Origin: Guillardia theta CCMP2712
Lineage: Eukaryota; Protista; Cryptophyta
Assembly (NCBI RefSeq): GCF_000315625.1
Contig: NW_005434666.1
Coordinates: forward strand, 354,018-418,017
DNA length: 64,000 bases
Direction of reading: 5' to 3'
Shown: piece after piece, positions 57,842 to 64,000 of the stretch
Layout: each line of letters opens with the position of its first letter
Numbering within the stretch: position 1 is the stretch's first letter
Notes under the pieces: model-generated
The model's database searches: none
What the model saw: the letters and a program-made list of their open reading frames with translations, nothing else
What the model was told of the DNA's origin: nothing
Translations under genes and position numbers: made by a program

Positions 57842-59251
57842 CCTTATGCTCCTCTTGTGACGTTTCTCGCTCGGCACTGGGCTCGGGACCTGAACGCGAC
57901 AAGAATCAGTCGGAGAATCATGTCGACACACTGAGAAGCAAAACGAACAACGGGATGTTGATCGAATAGTAAAGTTATGTTGTTGTACATCGAACAGAGA
58001 TGAGCTGCAACGAGCCATTGAGATCGTGGCCTGCTGGTCTACAATCTAGAAATGGAGGCCGATGGCAAACCACATTGCAAGGATCTATCTGAAGCATTCA
58101 AGATGCGTACGGTTGGATGGTTGTGCATGGTAAACAGTGTAGAACAAGACTAACACGAACAGATAAATGACTCAAGAATGCTTCACACGGCCTAAGCTCC
58201 ATGGCTCTTTCGCAGAATGAGTCCCTTCCGAAGTGCTCAATCGACCTAGGAGAGAGGGAACATGCCAGACGTTCTTCAAGGTGAGGGTAAGAGAGTATGT
58301 CACTATAGACTCTGTTGCTCTTCTTTTGGATCCTCGTTCAGTCGCTAACTCGAACCTCCTACTCTTCTCCCCTCCCCTCCCCGCTACATTGCCCCTGCAT
58401 GGCGGCTTCCTCGCAGGTGGCCACAGGGTAGGGGTAGCACAATGAGGGGTTATGTTTTTATTTGGATAGGTAGGGTAGTTCACATACTACCCGTGGTATG
58501 AGAAATAACCCGTACTCGTAATACCCTACCCTTTGTATTCGGGGATATTATCTATACTATATGATACGGGTACTTTGATCGTTCAGAAGCGAAAGGGAAC
58601 GGTTCTTGTTGAAGTACAACTTCGAAGATTGAGGTTGGGGGGTGGGTTGTTGCGTCAGACGTGGTGGGGGTCATTAAGTGAAGGGTAGGGGTAGCACGGG
58701 AGATCGGGGCCGACCAATACCATATAAACAAAAAAAAGATACCCCACCTCAAAAATCTCTGTACTACCCCACCTACTCACTATATGATACCATCACCCAC
58801 TCTTTCTCATTCAAGTACCCCTATTTTTCTGGTAAATCGTCCATTTACACCCTACCTATGAACCAATGCCATGGACTACCCCTACCCTTGTCTTTTCTGG
58901 CTGTCTTGAAGGTCCATTTGTAAAATTATTGTTGTGTCCTTTAATTTGTTTTTATCTACGACAGAGTACAATCAAAATAAAACCATTGAGATGAAAATGT
59001 ATTTTACATGGTACAGTATTTTACAATGGTATTTTTATCTTTTACCACGTCAGGTGTCCGGGACATAATTTCAGTCAATCTACAAACATTTTTAAAGATC
59101 TCTGATTTCTCAAGTCTCTGCGGCACCCGGTCTGCCCGGGGCCCGCAGCGCCTTGATTAATGGACACCGGGTATAACAACTAGCAATGGTGACATTGCGA
59201 TAACGCAGGCGACAAAGGAGGGAAGCAATGGCATGGAGAGAGTAGACTGAC

Positions 59252-59352
59252 AGAGAGAAGAGAAGAGAAGAGAAGAGAAGAGAAGAGAAGAGAGAAGAAG
59301 AGAAGAGAAGAGGGAGGAGGGAGGAGGGAGGAGGGAGGAGGGAGGAGGAAGT
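59252..59352. repeat. (AGAAG)n and (GGAGGGA)n purine microsatellites
   Basis: Directly visible. Confidence 0.9.
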
Positions 59353-59474
59353 CAAGGGAGTGACGAGGCTGGGTACGAGGAGGGAGGTGAGAGCAAAACT
59401 GCATTCCCTTTGTTACCGCATGGAACACGAGGGGTAAGATCTGCGAAAGCGATCGCGCCATGCATTGAGTTCGC

Positions 59475-60993
59475 ATGGTGAATACGAATATGGAGAGCAC
59501 TGCCGAATATATTGGTATTGGAGCACAGGTTCAGAGGCAGGACTCCAAGAGCTCATGCTTCATCCTGACCAGGTTTGACATGACCTCGCGTGCTCCATTC
59601 TGGTAGGGCCTGTGATCAATCCGTTGCAGCTTCGTCAAGGGAGGAGCGGCAGAGTCTTGCGGGATGTTGAGAGAAGGAGATGAATTGCTGACTGTAGACA
59701 AGAAGGATGTGAGATGCATGGACCAGCGCGAGGTGGAGCAGCAGCTGATGGGACCGGAAGGCTCTCATGTGCAGCTGAAGATAGTAAGGGATGGCAGGCA
59801 TGTGTTCACTGCATGCTTAGAGCGGCACAAGCCGATCCTCGTCAAGCCAAGAGAAGTGCCGAGTGGACGGGACGTGGCGCCAAGAGCGGAAGATTTGAAC
59901 ATCAGCGAGAGGATCTACTCAGGGATGGCAAAGATCAATGCGGTGAAGTACAAGCTGCCGGAGAAGCGACTGACGCCGGAGGAAGTGAAAGTGAGGGAGG
60001 AGGGAGGAGGATGCTCTTGGTGGAGGTTTGAGAGGTGCTCAGGAATGGAGGAGGAAGCACGATGCAGAGATTGCAAGGAATGACAAGATGGCTCAGCAAA
60101 TGCACGATGCTCGCTTAAGGTGGGCCGGAGCCCGTCGACATCTGACTGCTCCTTACCTCATCCCCCCAGACGGCATGCGGAGATAGGAGTCCTGCAAAGG
60201 GAGCTCAACGATCTTGTTCGGCAGAAAGCTCCCTTCGCAAAGATCCTCGAGTACGAGAACTGGTATGAGGCGTCGGGTAGATTGTACCCAGTAATGCTGC
60301 AAGAGCGCAGGATCAAGCGGCTGGAGCTGGAGGATGAGTTTGGGCCAGGATGGGTCGCAGAAGTTGACACACTTGAGCTACAAACAGTGAAGGAGGAAAG
60401 CGTCTGTCGTGGCGCCATGGCCTCGTTTGAAAGTTCCATGGCAGGAGGCGGAGGAGAGGTTGGTCAAGTTGAAAGAAATCTTGAAGCTTCTGCTCTCCTC
60501 TGAAGAAGGAGAGGGCGGAGAAGGGAGGATAGCTGAGATCGCTGCGATCAGCTCGAAGATCAAGGAGGTCGGACGAGCCTGCTGGGGAGACGGGGTACTC
60601 ACTCTGTTGTTTTTCAGAATGAAACCATTCTCTCTCGTGTTCGCAAGAACCTCGGTGCTTCTCGACAACCTGCCCTGCTGTGGATGGTGACTCGAGAGAC
60701 TGTTCTCGGCAGGCCTTGCCAGCGTATCTTCGGTGGAGCCACATCAATCTGCAGCGACTGGAGGGGATGGGGAGGAGGCAGTTGCAAGAGAGTCGAGTAA
60801 GGATGAAGCTGCGGAAAATCAGCCATCCGAGAAACGCAAGAAGTTGGTGTCATCTGAGGTAGCCGCGGATCTTGGCAACAGGTCTCCACGTCTCATCGCC
60901 TTGAACACCTTTGCTCACTTGCTGCAAGGTGGAAATCGCACGAAGCGGAGCCAAGACAGGTTCTCACAAGATTCAAGCAAGAGCTGTTGCTGA
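59475..60993 (+). CDS. PDZ-domain protein with coiled-coil C-terminal part, multi-exon; end approximate
   Basis: YIGIG...GGAAESCGMLREGDELLTVD...LMGPEGSHVQLKIVR. Confidence 0.7.
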
Positions 60994-61389
60994 CTGCTCC
61001 TACCCTCTCTCTCTCTCTCTCCCCCCCCCACCCCCGTGTCTTCCTCCTTCGCCTCCTCGCATCGCCTCTTCATGACCTTTTCTCATCTCGTCGTTCTCCC
61101 CGTCTCTCTGCCTCCTCTTCTTTAGGGCATTGGTGTGGTTGCAGAGGGAACGATCGAGTCAGCACCCGAGCCCTGCATGTCGCTCTGCATTCCTTCCCTT
61201 CCCTCCTCCTCCTCACACTTGTTGCAGGCTGGCGTCAACAACACAGAGCGCTATCGCAAGCTTGTTCAACGTGCACATTAGCTGATGGCTCGCCTTACTA
61301 TCGTTACATCAAATCAGAGTTCATGCAAAGTTCATTCGCTAACTTCGCCCTGTGACGCGCGATGAGTCAGAGAAACGTTGCAGAGAAAG

Positions 61390-62143
61390 ATGGTCTTGCT
61401 TCTTACGGCATCATGCGTGAAGTAGAAGAAGGACCAAATCGCAACGTAGGCTGCGCGAACTGTCAAGACCGCTCCTAGCCATCTTTCACATCACCAGCGA
61501 TCACAAGCTTCGTCAGGTTGTCCTTGGCCGATCTTGTCTCCATGGACAGCATGATGCTTCCTCTCTGCCATCCTGCATGAGACCCTCCCCAACAACACCC
61601 TCGTCCCGTTCACCTCCGCACTGCTCCCCCCGCTAGGAGCTCCAGCGAGAAGGATCGCTTGTCCACTAGGTCGCAGAGACCTCAGGCAGGACAAGAGAGC
61701 TGCATGCTGACTCACCTCCTCTCTGATGGCGTCGAGCTCCTCACCACGCGCTCATGTGCGTATGAAGATCCTGCGTCGGCCATGGATGGCGCTACCGAAG
61801 TCCCGAGACCCACAAACTGGAGAGGAGTCAGCAAGGGGAGCTGGCGAGGGAGACGAGGTACCAGCGCTGTCATGACCAGGAAGGACTGAAACAGAAATCT
61901 CTTCACCGTCCTCATCACGTTCCTCGCCCCCTCGGCAGGTGACGGCGACTTCACTGGCAGCGACTTGGCCGAAGACATCCTCAACGTCAACACCGGAGGC
62001 CTCGAGCATGCACAGCTCTCTGCTCTTCTCACAGGGGAGGACATGCAAGGCAGCTGCGCATGGCTGAAGCATGCAACGAGCGACAAGTTCGCCATCCCCG
62101 CCATCCCCGCCGCGAGAACGAGCAGACGACCTGCCTTCGCCAT
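61390..62143 (-). CDS. Hypothetical plastid-targeted protein (signal peptide, VAC|F, transit peptide ending LRM); 3' end approximate
   Basis: MAKAGRLLVLAAGMAGMANLSLVAC-FSHAQ...VLTLRMSS. Confidence 0.55.
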
Positions 62144-62337
62144 GGCGGCCACTGCTAGAAGGCAATATTTTACTCAATATCAGACATGGAAACTGTGCTG
62201 AACATTCCTTTCAGTGCGGAGGGAGGGAGGGAGGAGGGAGGGAGGGAGGGAGGAGGGAGGGAGGGAGGGAGGGAGGAGGGGTATCATGCTGACAGCAAGA
62301 GAGTGAGCTCTGGGTAGTCCGCTGACTGGATCCCAGC

Positions 62338-64000
62338 ATGCTGTGCTACATGAAAGCTACAGCAGGATCCATCGGATTGAAGGGATCGAACACATTGGGA
62401 ACAATGAGGGGGTTCGGCGCAAGGAGAAGCCTCTCGTCCAAGGTCACTCCCTGCTCCCTGCTCCCTGCTCCCTGCTCCCTTCTCCCTGCTCCCTGCTCCC
62501 TGCCCCCTGCTCCCTGCTCCCTGCTCCAGCTACCGCTTCATGGGCATCAACTGATCTGTCCACAGAAGCTAAGGATTCTCATCTCAGAGGACCACGACCC
62601 GTTCTTCAACCTTGCGACCGAGGAATGGCTCTTCCGGTCCCGCGCCTGCCCTGCATGCTGGCGGGTCTGACTGCTCCTGTCGACAGCACGGGCGACGTGA
62701 CCTGCAACACGATGTTCTTGTGGCGCAACGAGCCGACGATCGTGATAGGACGATGCCAGTGAGGCAGGAGGGCTACTGGAGGGAGGAGCGTCATGCGCCA
62801 TGGCAGGAACCCATGGAAGGAGTGCAACATACAGAAGATGAACGACAAAGGAGTTCACCTTACCCGCCGCTACAGCGGGGGAGGCACTGTGTATGATCTT
62901 GTTCCTGATCCTGCTTGTCCTCCTGCTCCTCCTGCTCCTCCTGCTCCTCCTGCTCCTCTCCTGCCAAACCAACTTTCTCTTCCTCTCTCCCGTCTCTCCC
63001 GTCCCTTGTCCAATCTCCTCCAAGTTGTCTCAGCCCTCCTCCCTCTCTCTACCAGTTGTCTTGTCTGCCGTGCTGAGGCGTTCGTGTCAGGTATCAGGAC
63101 CTGGGAAACACAAACTTCACATTCCTCTCCTCGACGACCAACTTTGACTCCAAGAAGAACAGTCAGGTCATCATCGAGGTCAGGCTGCCGTCTCGTTCTC
63201 CGAGCTCGGCTGAGGTGACCGCAGGCTCTCAAGACTTTCGGCCTCACGGCCACCATCTCAGGGAGGAACGACATCGTGCGGTCTTGACTCGCCCCTGCTC
63301 CTGCTGACCTGCGACCGCAGCAAGTCGATGGGCTGAAGATTTCGGGAGCCGCTTACAAGCTTGCGCCACCTCGGGTGATGAGATACGAGGAGGACGAGGA
63401 CGAGGACGAGGACGAGGACCTGGAGGAGTACAAGGTGGAGGAGGATACCAGGATAAGAGGGGATGCGCAGATGTGAAGTTGGTGTTATGATTGGAGATAA
63501 CGACGGGCTCGATGGAGGAGGTGGTTGACGGCTGCTGTCTTGTGTCTCATACAGGCGCTGCATCATGGTACGCTCATGATCAACGTGGACTTGACTGCCC
63601 TCGGATCTCTTTTGAACCCTAACAAGTTGAAACTCCAGGTAACCTGCCCTCCCTCCCTCCCTCCCTCCCTCCCTCCATCCCTTCCTCCGTCCCTCCGTCC
63701 CTCCCTCCCTCCCTCCCTCCCTCCCTCCCTTCCTCCCTCGTCTCAGCCTCCCTCCTCCTTTCCTTCTTTCCTCATTCGAACGATCGAACAGAGCAAGGGA
63801 GTAGCGTCGGTCACTTCGAGGGTTCAGAACCTGCAGGAAGGGACTCGAGCTTGTCTGTCGCTCGCTGACAGGAAGACAGACGTGGAGCGACAAGATCACC
63901 CACGAGTCGCTTTCCCTCGCCCTTATCGATGCCTTCTGCGCACATCACGGGTGAGGGAGGAAGAGGCTGGGGTGGGGAGGAGGGGGATGGAGGGGGAGGA
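62338..64000 (+). CDS. lplA: Lipoate-protein ligase A family protein, probably mitochondrial, 3'-partial
   Basis: DPFFNLATEEWLF, FLWRNEPTIVIGR, NPWKEC, RRYSGGGTVYQDLGN, GRNDI, KISGAAY, HHGTLMI, SKGVASV. Confidence 0.93.
62446..62530. repeat. (CTCCCTG)n heptamer repeat filling an intron
   Basis: Directly visible. Confidence 0.9.

Noticed and set aside
59252-59310. (AGAAG)n as a telomeric or nucleomorph-telomere repeat
   Set aside because: Short, internal and next to other purine SSRs. An ordinary microsatellite.

Overview
Eukaryotic nuclear DNA, gene-dense, with many tiny (~45-60 nt) GT-AG introns. Signal-peptide+Phe bipartite plastid leaders and a flagellar p28 gene point to a flagellated alga with a complex red plastid, most consistent with a cryptophyte such as Guillardia theta (inference). 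About 23 protein genes, mostly in alternating convergent/divergent pairs. Recognisable ones: eIF4E, ABCG half-transporter, EF-hand Na+/Ca2+ exchanger-like (NCL), UBE2S, GT11-like glycosyltransferase, inositol monophosphatase, axonemal p28/DNALI1, two-domain class III cyclase, tomosyn/Lgl, SNW1/SKIP, PTEN-C2 and ELMO domains, NOM1, pyruvate kinase, a PDZ protein and lipoate-protein ligase. Main findings: (1) an intron-containing, open-frame Crypton-type tyrosine-recombinase element whose catalytic Tyr position is Asp; (2) a ubiquitin-C-terminus-like RLRGG motif ending the leaders of signal-peptide proteins; (3) a cyclase with an inverted C1/C2 catalytic arrangement; (4) a hidden 68-aa four-exon microprotein; (5) a recurrent TTTACTCAA motif and GGGTA/TACCC-rich tracts in upstream intergenic regions. 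Two assembly gaps. All exon models were read by eye.
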